Shown: positions 1-9,758 of the stretch, in pieces | How positions within the stretch are numbered: position 1 is the stretch's first letter | Layout: the number at the start of each line of letters is the position of its first letter | Program-made: the position numbers and the translations under genes | Origin: an uncultured Chitinophagaceae bacterium | GTDB taxonomy: Bacteria > Bacteroidota > Bacteroidia > Chitinophagales > Chitinophagaceae | Reading direction: 5' to 3' | Assembly: GCA_903881425.1 (NCBI GenBank) | Contig: CAIRTF010000052.1 | Coordinates: 1,705-65,704, forward strand | DNA length: 64,000 nucleotides | Notes under the pieces: model-generated | Told to the model about the DNA's origin: nothing | The model's database searches: none | Seen by the model: the letters and a program-made list of their open reading frames with translations, nothing else

Positions 1-1
1 T

Positions 2-433
2 TCAGACAAACCCGGCGAAGAAATAAAATTGTATATCAACAGCCCGGGTGGTGTTGTTACCAGTGGTATGGTAATGTATGATACCATGAAATTGATCTCC
101 TCTCCGGTAAGTACTATTTGTATGGGCTTAGCCGCAAGTATGGGGTCTATTTTATTAAGTGCAGGTAAAAAAGGGAAACGTTTTATCTATCCTCACGGAG
201 AAGTAATGATACATCAACCAAGTATCAGCGGATATTATCAAGCTACTTCTGCTGATATTGAAATTCAGGCAGAGCAGATGAAAAAAACAAAAGATATTGG
301 TGCCAAGATTTTATCTGACAATTGCGGTAAAACAGTTGATCAGATAATGAAAGATTTTGACAGAGATTATTGGATGAGCGCCAAAGAAGCAGTTGACTAC
401 GGCATCGTAGATGCTATTTTAAAGAAAATATAA
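2..433 (+). CDS. clpP: ATP-dependent Clp protease proteolytic subunit ClpP (5' end outside window)
   Basis: Frame is open from the window edge ([19 protein letters not shown]...MIHQP). Typical ClpP core sequence; clpX follows. Confidence 0.9.
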   Translation, partial: SDKPGEEIKLYINSPGGVVTSGMVMYDTMKLISSPVSTICMGLAASMGSILLSAGKKGKRFIYPHGEVMIHQPSISGYYQATSADIEIQAEQMKKTKDIGAKILSDNCGKTVDQIMKDFDRDYWMSAKEAVDYGIVDAILKKI

Positions 434-467
434 TCCGCCCTCAAGCATTTGATTTTCAATGTATTGT

Positions 468-506
468 CTACAATTACTCCGCTAAACCGGAATAATTGTA
501 GTTTTG
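468..506 (+). terminator. Hairpin plus TTTTG between clpP and clpX (terminator or attenuator)
   Basis: CTACAATTA (468-476) pairs with TAATTGTAG (493-501), with an inner TCCG/CGGA pairing, followed by TTTTG. Confidence 0.4.
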
Positions 507-599
507 CATATGGCAGCTTTAAGGCGCAGAGACGAATCTTTCGTATTAAATTATTAAATTGTAGAACATTTCAACGCAAGTTGAAGCAAAAAATATATC

Positions 600-1841
600 A
601 TGGCTAAACAAAGTCATTTACATTGTTCGTTTTGTGGCCGCAACAGAGATGAAGTGAAGATTTTGATTGCAGGGCAAGAAGGGCATATTTGTGAAAACTG
701 TGTTGAACATGCACAGGAAATCATTGCACAGGAATTGAATTTGAAGAATGAACATGCTACTTCATCTTCAAATTTTAAATTATCTGTTCGTAAGCCTGCA
801 GAGATTAAAAGCTTTTTAGATGAATATGTGATTGGTCAGGATTATGCAAAAAAAGTTTTATCAGTAGCCGTATACAATCATTATAAAAGAATCACTCAAA
901 AAATACATAATGATGATGTTGAAATAGAAAAGAGTAACATTATTATGGTGGGCGAAACGGGAACCGGTAAAACATTATTGGCAAAAACCATTGCCAGAAT
1001 GCTGAACGTTCCATTTGCGATTGTTGATGCAACTGTTTTTACTGAAGCAGGTTATGTTGGTGAAGATGTAGAAAGCATGCTCACACGTTTATTGCAAAAT
1101 TGTAATTACGATGTAGTTGCAGCAGAAAGAGGAATTGTTTATGTTGATGAAATTGATAAGATAGCACGCAAAGGTGACAATCCTTCTATTACCCGTGATG
1201 TAAGTGGAGAAGGTGTTCAACAAGGTTTATTAAAAATGTTGGAAGGAACTGAAGTGTTAGTGCCTCCGCAGGGAGGAAGAAAACATCCTGAACAAAAAAT
1301 GATTAAAGTTGATACTAAAAATATCCTCTTCATCTGCGGTGGTGCTTTTGACGGAATGGATAAAGTAATTGCAAGAAGAGTGAATACCAATGCCATTGGT
1401 TTTAATGTGAACAGAGATCAGCAGGAAATGCATCGCAAAAATTTACTGCAGTTTGTAAATGCACAAGATCTGAAAAGTTTTGGTTTGATTCCGGAATTAT
1501 TAGGTCGTTTGCCTGTGATTACTTATTTGAATCCATTAGATGTGGAAACGCTGAGAAATATTCTTACCGAACCAAAGAATTCTTTGATCAAACAATACAA
1601 ACGTTTATTTGAGTTAGAAGGTATTGATCTAACAATTAATGAAGATGTATTGAATTTTATGGTTACCAAAGCAATGGAATATAAATTAGGCGCAAGAGGT
1701 TTGCGTAGCATTTGCGAAAGTATCTTAACAGATGCCATGTTTGAAATGCCGGGCAAAAGCGAAACACAATTAGAGATCACATTAGATTATGCTGAAAGAA
1801 TGTTTAATAAGAGTAAATTAAGTTTGTTGAAAGTAGCTTAA
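600..1841 (+). CDS. clpX: ATP-dependent Clp protease ATP-binding subunit ClpX
   Basis: N-terminal zinc ribbon (CSFCGR...CENC), Walker [17 protein letters not shown], and ClpX-like sequence throughout. ATG at 600. Confidence 0.95.
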   Translation: MAKQSHLHCSFCGRNRDEVKILIAGQEGHICENCVEHAQEIIAQELNLKNEHATSSSNFKLSVRKPAEIKSFLDEYVIGQDYAKKVLSVAVYNHYKRITQKIHNDDVEIEKSNIIMVGETGTGKTLLAKTIARMLNVPFAIVDATVFTEAGYVGEDVESMLTRLLQNCNYDVVAAERGIVYVDEIDKIARKGDNPSITRDVSGEGVQQGLLKMLEGTEVLVPPQGGRKHPEQKMIKVDTKNILFICGGAFDGMDKVIARRVNTNAIGFNVNRDQQEMHRKNLLQFVNAQDLKSFGLIPELLGRLPVITYLNPLDVETLRNILTEPKNSLIKQYKRLFELEGIDLTINEDVLNFMVTKAMEYKLGARGLRSICESILTDAMFEMPGKSETQLEITLDYAERMFNKSKLSLLKVA

Positions 1842-1865
1842 CCATAAAATCATATCTTTTATAAA

Positions 1866-1896
1866 AGCGATGGGAATAACTTCTCATCGCTTTTTG
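1866..1896 (+). terminator. Rho-independent terminator after clpX
   Basis: 10-bp stem AGCGATGGGA / TTCTCATCGCT (one G-U pair) followed by TTTTT. Confidence 0.6.
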
Positions 1897-1945
1897 TTTG
1901 GGTAAGATTAATTTGCAGCAACATTTAATCTATTAAATAAAACAT

Positions 1946-2107
1946 ATGAACGAATTAATTGAACGTTTAGTAAAAGAAACAGGTATTACACCCGAGCAAG
2001 CAAAAAAAGCAGTAGAAGCCATCGCCAATTTTGTAAAAGAAAAATTCCCGATGTTGGGAGGTGCGGTTGATAATATTTTCAGCGCAGGAAGTAAGGATAA
2101 CGATTAG
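1946..2107 (+). CDS. Small hypothetical protein (53 aa), below the ORF-track size cutoff
   Basis: ATG 1946 to TAG 2105-2107 encodes MNELIERLVKETGITPEQAKKAVEAIANFVKEKFPMLGGAVDNIFSAGSKDND. Helical, protein-like composition; sits after the clpX terminator. Confidence 0.35.
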   Translation: MNELIERLVKETGITPEQAKKAVEAIANFVKEKFPMLGGAVDNIFSAGSKDND

Positions 2108-2129
2108 GTTGTTCGACTCTTATTTTTCA

Positions 2130-3269
2130 TTATAACAATACCTCTCTTGCGATCACTAATTTTTGAATTTCACTGGTACCCTCACCAATAGTACAAAGTT
2201 TTGCATCGCGATAATATTTTTCAACAGGGAAATCTTTGGTATAACCATAACCACCAAATATCTGCACTGCATCAGTAGCCACTTTTACGGCTACCTCACT
2301 TGTATAATATTTCGCCATAGCACTTTGCTGCGTAACTTTTAAATGTCGTTCTTTTAAATCGCAAGCCTGCATTAACAATAATTCTGAAGCCATGATCTCT
2401 GTTGCCATATCTGCCAATTTAAAACTAATGCCTTGAAAATTAGCAATAGGCTGATTGAACTGATATCTTTCTTTTGAATATTGCAAAGCCGCTTCATACG
2501 CACCTTTGGCAATACCCACTCCCAATGCAGCGATAGAAATTCTACCGCCATCTAATATTTTTAAAGATTGTTTAAACCCATCTCCCACTTCACCCAATCT
2601 TTGCGCATCACTTATTCTGCAATCATCAAAAATCATTTCTGCCGTTTCACTGGCACGCATACCCAATTTATTCTCTTTCTTGCCGGCAGCAAATCCTTTA
2701 GTTCCTCTCTCTACAATAAAAGCTGTTGCATTATTCTTTGCTCTTGGTTCACCTGTTCTTACAATAACCACTGCTATATCTCCACTTTTACCGTGTGTAA
2801 TCCAACTCTTTGTTCCATTTAATATCCAATCATTACCCTCTTTTACAGCTGTTGTTTGCATATTACCCGCATCGCTTCCTGTATTGGGTTCGGTTAAACC
2901 CCATGCACCAATAAATTCTGCCGTTGCTAATTTGGGTAAATACTTTTTCTTTTGTTCTTCGTTACCAAAAGTTATGATATGATTAGTACAAAGTGAATTA
3001 TGCGCTGCCACACTTAAACCAATGGAACCACACACTTTTGCTATCTCAATAATAATGGATGCATATTCGAAATAACCTAATCCTGCACCACCATATTCAT
3101 GCGGAACCAAAATGCCCATCATTCCGGCTTTGCCTAATTCTTTAAAAACTTTAATCGGAAATTCTTGCGATTCATCCCACAACATCACATTCGGTTTAAT
3201 ATATTGATATGCAAAATCTTTAGCAGTTTGTGCAACTTGTTTGGTTAATTCACTCGTTTCAAAATTCAT
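2130..3269 (-). CDS. Acyl-CoA dehydrogenase
   Basis: 379 aa with full-length ACAD-like sequence ([11 protein letters not shown]-terminal catalytic IGEGTSEIQ). ATG at 3269. Confidence 0.9.
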   Translation of the reverse strand: MNFETSELTKQVAQTAKDFAYQYIKPNVMLWDESQEFPIKVFKELGKAGMMGILVPHEYGGAGLGYFEYASIIIEIAKVCGSIGLSVAAHNSLCTNHIITFGNEEQKKKYLPKLATAEFIGAWGLTEPNTGSDAGNMQTTAVKEGNDWILNGTKSWITHGKSGDIAVVIVRTGEPRAKNNATAFIVERGTKGFAAGKKENKLGMRASETAEMIFDDCRISDAQRLGEVGDGFKQSLKILDGGRISIAALGVGIAKGAYEAALQYSKERYQFNQPIANFQGISFKLADMATEIMASELLLMQACDLKERHLKVTQQSAMAKYYTSEVAVKVATDAVQIFGGYGYTKDFPVEKYYRDAKLCTIGEGTSEIQKLVIAREVLL

Positions 3270-3283
3270 ATTTACTTTAATTT

Positions 3284-3314
3284 AAAATAAAAGTCCGACA
3301 AGTTTCGCCGGACT
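3284..3314 (-). terminator. Rho-independent terminator after the ComEA-like gene
   Basis: Minus strand reads AGTCCG-gcgaaacttgt-CGGACT followed by TTTTATTTT. Confidence 0.5.
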
Positions 3315-3406
3315 CTTTATGTATTCATGCAATCGTTTCGAGACCAAAACTAACGGTTGTTAGTAATACAAAAATAGACTTATAACTCATTTCGGCAAAT
3401 TTTATT

Positions 3407-4327
3407 TTATTGATCGACTGTTAAATAAGGAACGATTTTCTGGAACATTTCTTCATTGATAAAAACAATTTTTTTTAAGTCTTCCAACTTTTGATAATTC
3501 CCATGTTGATTACGATAAATGATAATTGCTTTGGCAATATCCCTGCTGATATTCGGATTTAAACTCAATTCATATTCACTTGCTGTATTAATATTTATTT
3601 TCTTGATGGTATTGAGATCGATCTTTAAATAGGGATTAATGAGTTGATAAATAGAATCGGTCATCCCATAAGCAGTTTTTATTTGCTGTAAATTGACAAA
3701 GCTTCCCAACTTTTCACGATAGTTAATAATACGAAAAGGCAATGAATGATTCATTCCGGGTAGTTGCATTAATTCTTCAGCAGTAGCAATATTGATATCA
3801 ATAGGCGTAGTAATTTTCTTTTGTGATGATGATTTGTTTTTTGAATAATTATAATTATTTGTGTAGTTATTATAATTATCAGTAGTTGACTGAATTTGAA
3901 CGAATGGAATCAATCTGTCCGCATCTTCTTTTTTCAAACCCCAAATTTTACGGATATCTTCTGCTGTTCTGAATTTGCCGCCTTTATTTCTATAATTTAA
4001 AATAGTGGCTATCAATCTATCATTCAATCCCAATTTCTTCCAACCTTCAGCATCAATAGTATTTGGATCAAATACAAAAAAATCAACTTTATTTATTGAA
4101 GAAGAATCATTTTTAATTTCCACTTTATTATTGGAAACTGAATCAGTATTGTTTTGCTGAAGTTTTATTAATTGTTCTTGCAATGCCGTATCAATGATTG
4201 GCTTCTGTTTTTCTTTCTCAAGAAAATACGGTGCTGCTAAAAATGCAGCAATCAAACACAAAAGAATGATTACAGCAATTCTTTCTTTCTTGCTGAAAGT
4301 AAAATACTCTTTCATAATCCTTTTCAT
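3407..4327 (-). CDS. ComEA-like helix-hairpin-helix DNA-binding protein with N-terminal membrane anchor
   Basis: Repeated HhH-type segments (INIATAEELMQLPGM, NINTASEYELSL) and a TM helix near the N-terminus. The track start is TTG; the first ATG is at 4327. Confidence 0.75.
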   Translation of the reverse strand: MKRIMKEYFTFSKKERIAVIILLCLIAAFLAAPYFLEKEKQKPIIDTALQEQLIKLQQNNTDSVSNNKVEIKNDSSSINKVDFFVFDPNTIDAEGWKKLGLNDRLIATILNYRNKGGKFRTAEDIRKIWGLKKEDADRLIPFVQIQSTTDNYNNYTNNYNYSKNKSSSQKKITTPIDINIATAEELMQLPGMNHSLPFRIINYREKLGSFVNLQQIKTAYGMTDSIYQLINPYLKIDLNTIKKININTASEYELSLNPNISRDIAKAIIIYRNQHGNYQKLEDLKKIVFINEEMFQKIVPYLTVDQ

Positions 4328-4362
4328 ACACAACTTTTTAAAGGTTGAATAATCAAAGGAGG

Positions 4363-5145
4363 CTATATATGCATGTCGATAGTCAATCCGTCGTATGCCA
4401 ACCGGATATGTGGGGGAAGCATTTTATTAATTGCTTCGTGCTTACCTAATTGATGACTGATATGTGTAAAATAAACTTTCGGCACTTTTAATTCTGTTGC
4501 CAATTGCATTGCTTCATCCAAAGTAAAATGCGAAATATGTTTTTCGTTACGCAATGCATTTAATACCAGTACTTCCGAACCAATAATCTTTTCTTTTTCT
4601 TTATCATCAATTCTGTTTGCGTCTGTAATATAAGTAAAATTACCCATTCGAAAACCCAATACCGGCATTTTTAAATGCCAAACTAAAATAGGTGTCAATA
4701 ATACATCGCCCACATAAAAAGGTGTTTCATCAATCGTATTTAAATTAATTTCAGGAACACCCGGATATTTATTTTCGGAAAAAGCATAATAAAAATCTCT
4801 GCGCAATGCTTCTTCTGTTAAAGTATTGGCATATAGTTCCATTGGTTTTTGACTGAAATAATAAAACGGACGAATATCATCCAAGCCGGCCATGTGATCT
4901 TTATGCGGATGCGTGAAAACAACTGCATCAATATGCTTTGTTTCTGTGCGCAACATTTGATAACGAAAATCGGGGGTGGTATCAATTACAAAAGTGGTTG
5001 TGGGAGATTTCACCATGATACTACTCCGTAAACGATTGTCTTTTTTATCAGTAGAGATACAAACTTCACAATCGCAACCAATCATCGGAACACCGCTGCT
5101 GGTGCCCGTTCCGAGAAATGTAATGTGTAATGGCGGATGATTCAC
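4363..5145 (-). CDS. MBL-fold metallo-hydrolase (PhnP-like)
   Basis: THPHKDH metal-binding motif and an N-terminal GTGTSSGVP...CDC motif. GTG start at 5145. Confidence 0.8.
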   Translation of the reverse strand: MNHPPLHITFLGTGTSSGVPMIGCDCEVCISTDKKDNRLRSSIMVKSPTTTFVIDTTPDFRYQMLRTETKHIDAVVFTHPHKDHMAGLDDIRPFYYFSQKPMELYANTLTEEALRRDFYYAFSENKYPGVPEINLNTIDETPFYVGDVLLTPILVWHLKMPVLGFRMGNFTYITDANRIDDKEKEKIIGSEVLVLNALRNEKHISHFTLDEAMQLATELKVPKVYFTHISHQLGKHEAINKMLPPHIRLAYDGLTIDMHI

Positions 5146-5166
5146 TATGCAAAAGTACGCTTAAAA

Positions 5167-5442
5167 TTACTCGGCAGAAAGTGGTGCTTTACTTACCAGT
5201 TCTTCGTATAATTTTTGACTGGCATGCGTTAATTTATCGAAGGAGATATTCAATTGAGGAATTAATTCCATCAGCGTATTAATCCGACCTTCCACATCTA
5301 AAAATTTATTCAGTACAACAATTTTTTTTGCTTCCAATAAACACCATCCGCTTTGAAAAGTACCACGTTCAAAACGAAGCGTATAATCACTTTCGCCTAA
5401 AATATCTTGTAATTTATCTAAATAAGATTGCGTGTATTTCAT
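5167..5442 (-). CDS. Hypothetical protein (91 aa)
   Basis: ORF directly downstream of porX. First ATG is at 5442 (MKYTQSYLDKL...). No family recognised. Confidence 0.5.
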   Translation of the reverse strand: MKYTQSYLDKLQDILGESDYTLRFERGTFQSGWCLLEAKKIVVLNKFLDVEGRINTLMELIPQLNISFDKLTHASQKLYEELVSKAPLSAE

Positions 5443-5504
5443 AGTAAATCTAAAACTCAAAATTAAAAGAGTATCAAGCGAAAATTGCAATTACTTATAC
5501 ACAA

Positions 5505-7061
5505 TTATTTACTTACCATTTTAACAATGGGTACAATCATTTCTTCTAAACTAATACCGCCATGTTGAAAAGTATTCCGATAATAATTAACAAAATGATT
5601 GTAATTATTCGGATAACATAAATAACCATCTTCCTTTGCAAAAATAAAAGATGAATTTACCGTTGGCACCGGCAAACCCGCTTCCTTTGGGTCTTTGAAA
5701 GCCAACACATCTTTGTAATCATAGTTAAGATTTCTCCCGTGTTTATATCTGAGATTGGCTGTTGTTTGTTTATCGCCGATTACTTTATATGGTGTATTTA
5801 CTCTTACCGTTCCGTGATCAGTTGCAACAATCAGTTTAATATTTTTATCCGCAATTTTTTTCAATGCCTGATTTAAAGCACTGTGTTCAAACCAACTTTT
5901 GGTAACACTTCGGTAACTGGTTTCATCTCCTGCTAATTCTTTCAATACTTCCATTTCTGTTCTTGCATGACTGAGCATATCAACAAAATTATAGACGATG
6001 ATATTCAAATCATTGTTCAATAAATTATGAATATTGTTCACTAAGTTCTGTCCATCTTGATGATTCACCACTTTTGTATAACTGCATTTAATATCATCTT
6101 TTTTTAATCGTTTTAATTGAGCTCTAAAGAATTCTTCTTCAAATAAATTTTTACCGCCCTCTTCTTCATCGTTCTTCCATTGAGATGGAAATTGTTTCTC
6201 AATATCTATCGGCAACAATCCTGCGAAAATGGCATTACGACTGTATTGCGTAGCAGTTGGAAGAATTGAATAAAAAGTTTCTTCTTCCAATATCCTAAAA
6301 TACTCTGCGAATAAAGGTTGAATAGTTTTCCATTGATCGAATCTTAAATTATCGATCAATACAAAAAAAGCAGGAGTTCCTTTTTCTACATGCGGCAATA
6401 TTTTAAATTGAAATAAATTATGACTCATAATGGGTGCCTCTGCACTTTTAGGATTCATCCATCGAGCATAATTCTTAGAAACAAATTTGAAGAACTCTTT
6501 ATTCGCTTCATCTTTTTGCGATTTCAATATTTCCCGCATTTCAGGGCTATCGCTTTTTTCCATTTCCAATTCCCAATACACTAATTTTTTATAAATATCC
6601 ATCCATCCGTTATAATCCGGATTATCATTCAATGCCATAAACAATTCTCTAAACTGTTGTTGATAAGCCGTTGTTGTTTTTTCTGCAATCAAAGTTTTTT
6701 TATCAATGATTTTTTTTAAACTCAACAATACTTGGTTAGGATTTACCGGCTTTAATAAATAATCAGTAATCTGACTTCCAATCGCTTCATCCATTAAAGT
6801 TTCTGTTTCATTTTTAGTAATCAATACTACCGGAATATGCTGATTGATCTCTTTTATTTTAGCCAATGTCTCCAATCCCGAAATGCCAGGCATACTTTCA
6901 TCCAACAAAACAACATCAATAATATTATTTGCTGCAAACTCAATGGCATCTAAGCCATTAGTGAAAGTAGTTACATCATATCCTTTATTTTCTAAAAATA
7001 ATTTCTGCGATTGTAAACTTTCAATCTCATCATCAATCCAAACAATTTTTGCAACTGCCAT
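5505..7061 (-). CDS. porX: PorX-type response regulator (receiver domain + PglZ/alkaline-phosphatase-superfamily domain)
   Basis: N-terminal CheY-like REC domain (VWIDDE...LLDESMPG...TK) fused to a C-terminal PglZ-like domain. 518 aa from the ATG at 7061; the track start at 7082 is TTG. Confidence 0.75.
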   Translation of the reverse strand: MAVAKIVWIDDEIESLQSQKLFLENKGYDVTTFTNGLDAIEFAANNIIDVVLLDESMPGISGLETLAKIKEINQHIPVVLITKNETETLMDEAIGSQITDYLLKPVNPNQVLLSLKKIIDKKTLIAEKTTTAYQQQFRELFMALNDNPDYNGWMDIYKKLVYWELEMEKSDSPEMREILKSQKDEANKEFFKFVSKNYARWMNPKSAEAPIMSHNLFQFKILPHVEKGTPAFFVLIDNLRFDQWKTIQPLFAEYFRILEEETFYSILPTATQYSRNAIFAGLLPIDIEKQFPSQWKNDEEEGGKNLFEEEFFRAQLKRLKKDDIKCSYTKVVNHQDGQNLVNNIHNLLNNDLNIIVYNFVDMLSHARTEMEVLKELAGDETSYRSVTKSWFEHSALNQALKKIADKNIKLIVATDHGTVRVNTPYKVIGDKQTTANLRYKHGRNLNYDYKDVLAFKDPKEAGLPVPTVNSSFIFAKEDGYLCYPNNYNHFVNYYRNTFQHGGISLEEMIVPIVKMVSK

Positions 7062-7082
7062 AAATGATTTTTTTGTTACCAA

Positions 7083-7140
7083 CTTTACTTATTCTAATCA
7101 ACATCCTTGCGTCGCACCATTCTACGCCTTCCACTTGAAT
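7083..7140 (-). repeat. Dispersed intergenic repeat copy (core GTGCGACGCAAG), immediately upstream of porX
   Basis: Minus strand reads ATTCAAGTGgaaggcgtagaatgGTGCGACGCAAGGATGTTGATTAGAATAAGTAAAG. Shares 30/39 positions with the 18661-18699 copy. Confidence 0.7.
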
Positions 7141-7294
7141 CATCAATAAAAATAAAACTGAGTAGAAAATTAAATCAATAATAGAAGAGTAAATTAAAAA
7201 TAAATTTTGTCAATCGTAAAACAGTTAGTCAAATATATTCTTTCCCATTACAAATAGTACATTTGTTGATTGCTTTAACAAACCCACAACAGGC

Positions 7295-8503
7295 ATGCCT
7301 AATAAAAGAAAGATCATTAACGACCCGGTATATGGTTTTATTACCATTAACCATGATCTGCTCTTTACTATTTTGGCACATCCTTTTTATCAGCGCCTTC
7401 GTAGAATTCACCAAATGGCTTTGGCATATTTGGTTTATCCGGGTGCGGTACATACCCGATTACATCATTCATTGGGTGCCTATCATTTAATGTGCAATGC
7501 AGTGAATGAATTAAGAGCCAAAGGCGTTGAAATCGCAGAAGAAGAAGAAATTGCAGTGAAAGCCGCTATCCTCTTGCATGATACCGGCCACGGACCTTTT
7601 TCTCATGCATTAGAAAATCAATTGGTTAAAAATGTGCATCACGAAAAAATCAGTCTGCAAATTATGCAACTGATGAATAAAGAATTGAACGGACAATTAG
7701 GTATGGCTATTGAAATTTTCACTGGCAGATATCATAAAAAATTTCTACATCAATTAGTAAGCGGGCAATTAGATGTTGACAGAATGGATTATTTAACACG
7801 CGATAGTTTTTTTAGCGGTGTGAGTGAAGGCGTGATTGGTTATGATAGAATTTTAAAAATGCTGACTGTACATGACGGGGAATTAATGGTAGAAGAAAAA
7901 GGAATTTACAGCATTGAAAAATTTTTAGTGGCAAGGCGGCAAATGTACTGGCAAGTGTATCTGCACAAAACAGTATTGGCTGCCGAAAAAATGTTGATCA
8001 ATACATTAACAAGAGTTCGAGAATTATATAATAACGGTGATAAAAATTTACTGACAGGAACAATGACCGATTATTTTCTTTTTGAATTTAACGGTATCAT
8101 GAATGACGATGCATTGAAGAAGTTTTGCGAATTAGATGATATTGATTTTTCTTTCGCCATAAAAAAATGGAGCCACCATGCAGATTTTGTGCTGAGTGAA
8201 TTATGTAAACGAACTTTAAACAGACAATTATTAAAAATAAAATTACAATCAGAGCCATTTACTGAAAAGGTTATTCAACAAAAAATACAAGAAGCAAAAG
8301 ATCAATTAAACATCGATGCCAGTTTAGCATCTTATTTTGTATTTACCGGAGAAGCAGCCAATACTATGTACAAAACCGAAGATGAAAGAATTAACATCTT
8401 ATTTAAAGACGGAACAGTAAAGGATATTTCAACTATTGATGATCCTTTGATTCATCAGACAATTTCTGCACCCGTTAAAAAATTTTATATTTGTTCATTA
8501 TAG
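7295..8503 (+). CDS. HD domain-containing phosphohydrolase (dNTP triphosphohydrolase-like)
   Basis: HD motif (LLHDTGHGPFSH) and DRMDYLTRD. Occupies the conserved Bacteroidota position upstream of lpxD. Confidence 0.85.
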   Translation: MPNKRKIINDPVYGFITINHDLLFTILAHPFYQRLRRIHQMALAYLVYPGAVHTRLHHSLGAYHLMCNAVNELRAKGVEIAEEEEIAVKAAILLHDTGHGPFSHALENQLVKNVHHEKISLQIMQLMNKELNGQLGMAIEIFTGRYHKKFLHQLVSGQLDVDRMDYLTRDSFFSGVSEGVIGYDRILKMLTVHDGELMVEEKGIYSIEKFLVARRQMYWQVYLHKTVLAAEKMLINTLTRVRELYNNGDKNLLTGTMTDYFLFEFNGIMNDDALKKFCELDDIDFSFAIKKWSHHADFVLSELCKRTLNRQLLKIKLQSEPFTEKVIQQKIQEAKDQLNIDASLASYFVFTGEAANTMYKTEDERINILFKDGTVKDISTIDDPLIHQTISAPVKKFYICSL

Positions 8504-8589
8504 AGTTTAAGATTTAAAGTTCAAGGTTTACCATTTTCATGTCGAAACACCTGACATTAAATTTTAAAACTTTTAAACATTAACGCCTT

Positions 8590-9645
8590 ATGCAATTTAC
8601 TGCCGCACAAATCGCTGTATTAATTAACGGAAAGTTAGAAGGCGATGCATCTATAACAGTTTCTTCATTTGGCAAAATCGAAGAAGCAAAGCAAGGTCAA
8701 TTGTGTTTTTTAGCCAATCCCAAATACGAAGAATTTTTATATACCACACAAGCATCCATAATTATAGTTAATGATACTTTAGAATTAAAACATAAAATTT
8801 CAGCTACGCTGATTAGGGTTCCTGATGCGTATTCTGCATTCGCCGGCTTATTAAGTAAATATCAGGAAATGATTACACAACAATTAAGTGGTATTCAACA
8901 ACCCTCTTTTATTGCATCAACAGCCGAATTGGGTAAAGATGTTTTGGTTGCAGCATTTACTTATATCGGTGAGCATGTAATAATTGGCAATAACGTGAAA
9001 CTCTTTCCCGGTGTGTTTTTGGGCAATAACGTACAAATAGGCGACAACTGCATCTTACACCCCGGTGTAAAAATTTATCACGATTGTGTATTACAAAAAA
9101 ATATTACGGTGCATGCCGGAACTATTATTGGAAGTGATGGTTTTGGATTTGCCCCGCAAGCAGATGGTTCTTTTATTAAAATTCCGCAGATAGGTAATGT
9201 ATTAATTGAAGATAATGTTGAGATAGGTGCCAATGCAACTATTGATCGTGCCACCATTGGTGCAACAATTATAAAAAGCGGAGCTAAATTAGATAACCTT
9301 ATTCAGGTTGCACATAATGTAGAAGTAGGCAACAATACTGTTATTGCTGCGCAAGCAGGCATTAGCGGCAGTACAAAATTGGGTAATAATGTTATGATTG
9401 GCGGGCAAGCAGGTATTGTTGGTCATATTGCTGTTGCCGATGGCAGTAAAATAAATGCACAAAGCGGTGTAACAAAATCTATCAAAACACCTAATACAAC
9501 CGTTACCGGAAGCCCTGCATTTGATTATACTGCAGCATTGCGTAGTCAGGCTGCCAGCCGAAATCTTCCTGAATTGGAAAAACGTGTAAAAGAATTAGAG
9601 AAAATGGTTCAACAATTATTGATGGAGAAGCAAAATGTTGAATAA
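8590..9645 (+). CDS. lpxD: UDP-3-O-acylglucosamine N-acyltransferase LpxD
   Basis: LpxD N-terminal domain followed by a long hexapeptide-repeat left-handed beta-helix and a C-terminal helix. Confidence 0.95.
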   Translation: MQFTAAQIAVLINGKLEGDASITVSSFGKIEEAKQGQLCFLANPKYEEFLYTTQASIIIVNDTLELKHKISATLIRVPDAYSAFAGLLSKYQEMITQQLSGIQQPSFIASTAELGKDVLVAAFTYIGEHVIIGNNVKLFPGVFLGNNVQIGDNCILHPGVKIYHDCVLQKNITVHAGTIIGSDGFGFAPQADGSFIKIPQIGNVLIEDNVEIGANATIDRATIGATIIKSGAKLDNLIQVAHNVEVGNNTVIAAQAGISGSTKLGNNVMIGGQAGIVGHIAVADGSKINAQSGVTKSIKTPNTTVTGSPAFDYTAALRSQAASRNLPELEKRVKELEKMVQQLLMEKQNVE

Positions 9646-9696
9646 AAGATCATCAAATTTCTAATTCTTATTTTTGCAGAATTATATTCAAAAGCC

Positions 9697-9743
9697 GAAG
9701 GGTGCGACGCAACGAAGCCTGGCTATATTCTGTTGTTCGACTC
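9697..9743 (+). repeat. Dispersed intergenic repeat copy (core GTGCGACGCAAC 9702-9713) between lpxD and lpxC/fabZ
   Basis: GAAGGGTGCGACGCAACGAAG has an exact 12-nt core shared with the copies at 18661 and 37631(rc). The 3' part diverges. Confidence 0.6.
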
Positions 9744-9758
9744 ATAAATTAAAAAAGA

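Noticed and set aside
2108-2119. 12-nt exact repeat GTTGTTCGACTC, shared with 9732-9743 next to a dispersed-repeat copy
   Set aside because: By rough estimate, hundreds of 12-mer matches are expected by chance in 64 kb on both strands, and the flanks do not align convincingly.
5505-7061. PglZ domain as a marker of a BREX or other phage-defence island
   Set aside because: The PglZ domain is fused to an N-terminal CheY-like receiver (PorX architecture). No brx/pgl methyltransferase, ATPase or Lon-like genes are nearby, and the flanking genes are housekeeping.
7229-7490. Two short ORFs (7229-7453 minus, 7263-7490 plus) at the HD gene start
   Set aside because: Both overlap the 5' end of the well-supported HD-domain gene and have Cys/Ile-rich atypical translations. 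They are probably artefacts of AT-rich sequence.
7295-8503. HD-domain dNTPase-like protein as an anti-phage dGTPase/dCTPase defence gene
   Set aside because: It sits in the conserved Bacteroidota position at the head of the lpxD-lpxC/fabZ-lpxA cluster. There is no mobile or defence context, so it is most simply a housekeeping HD phosphohydrolase.
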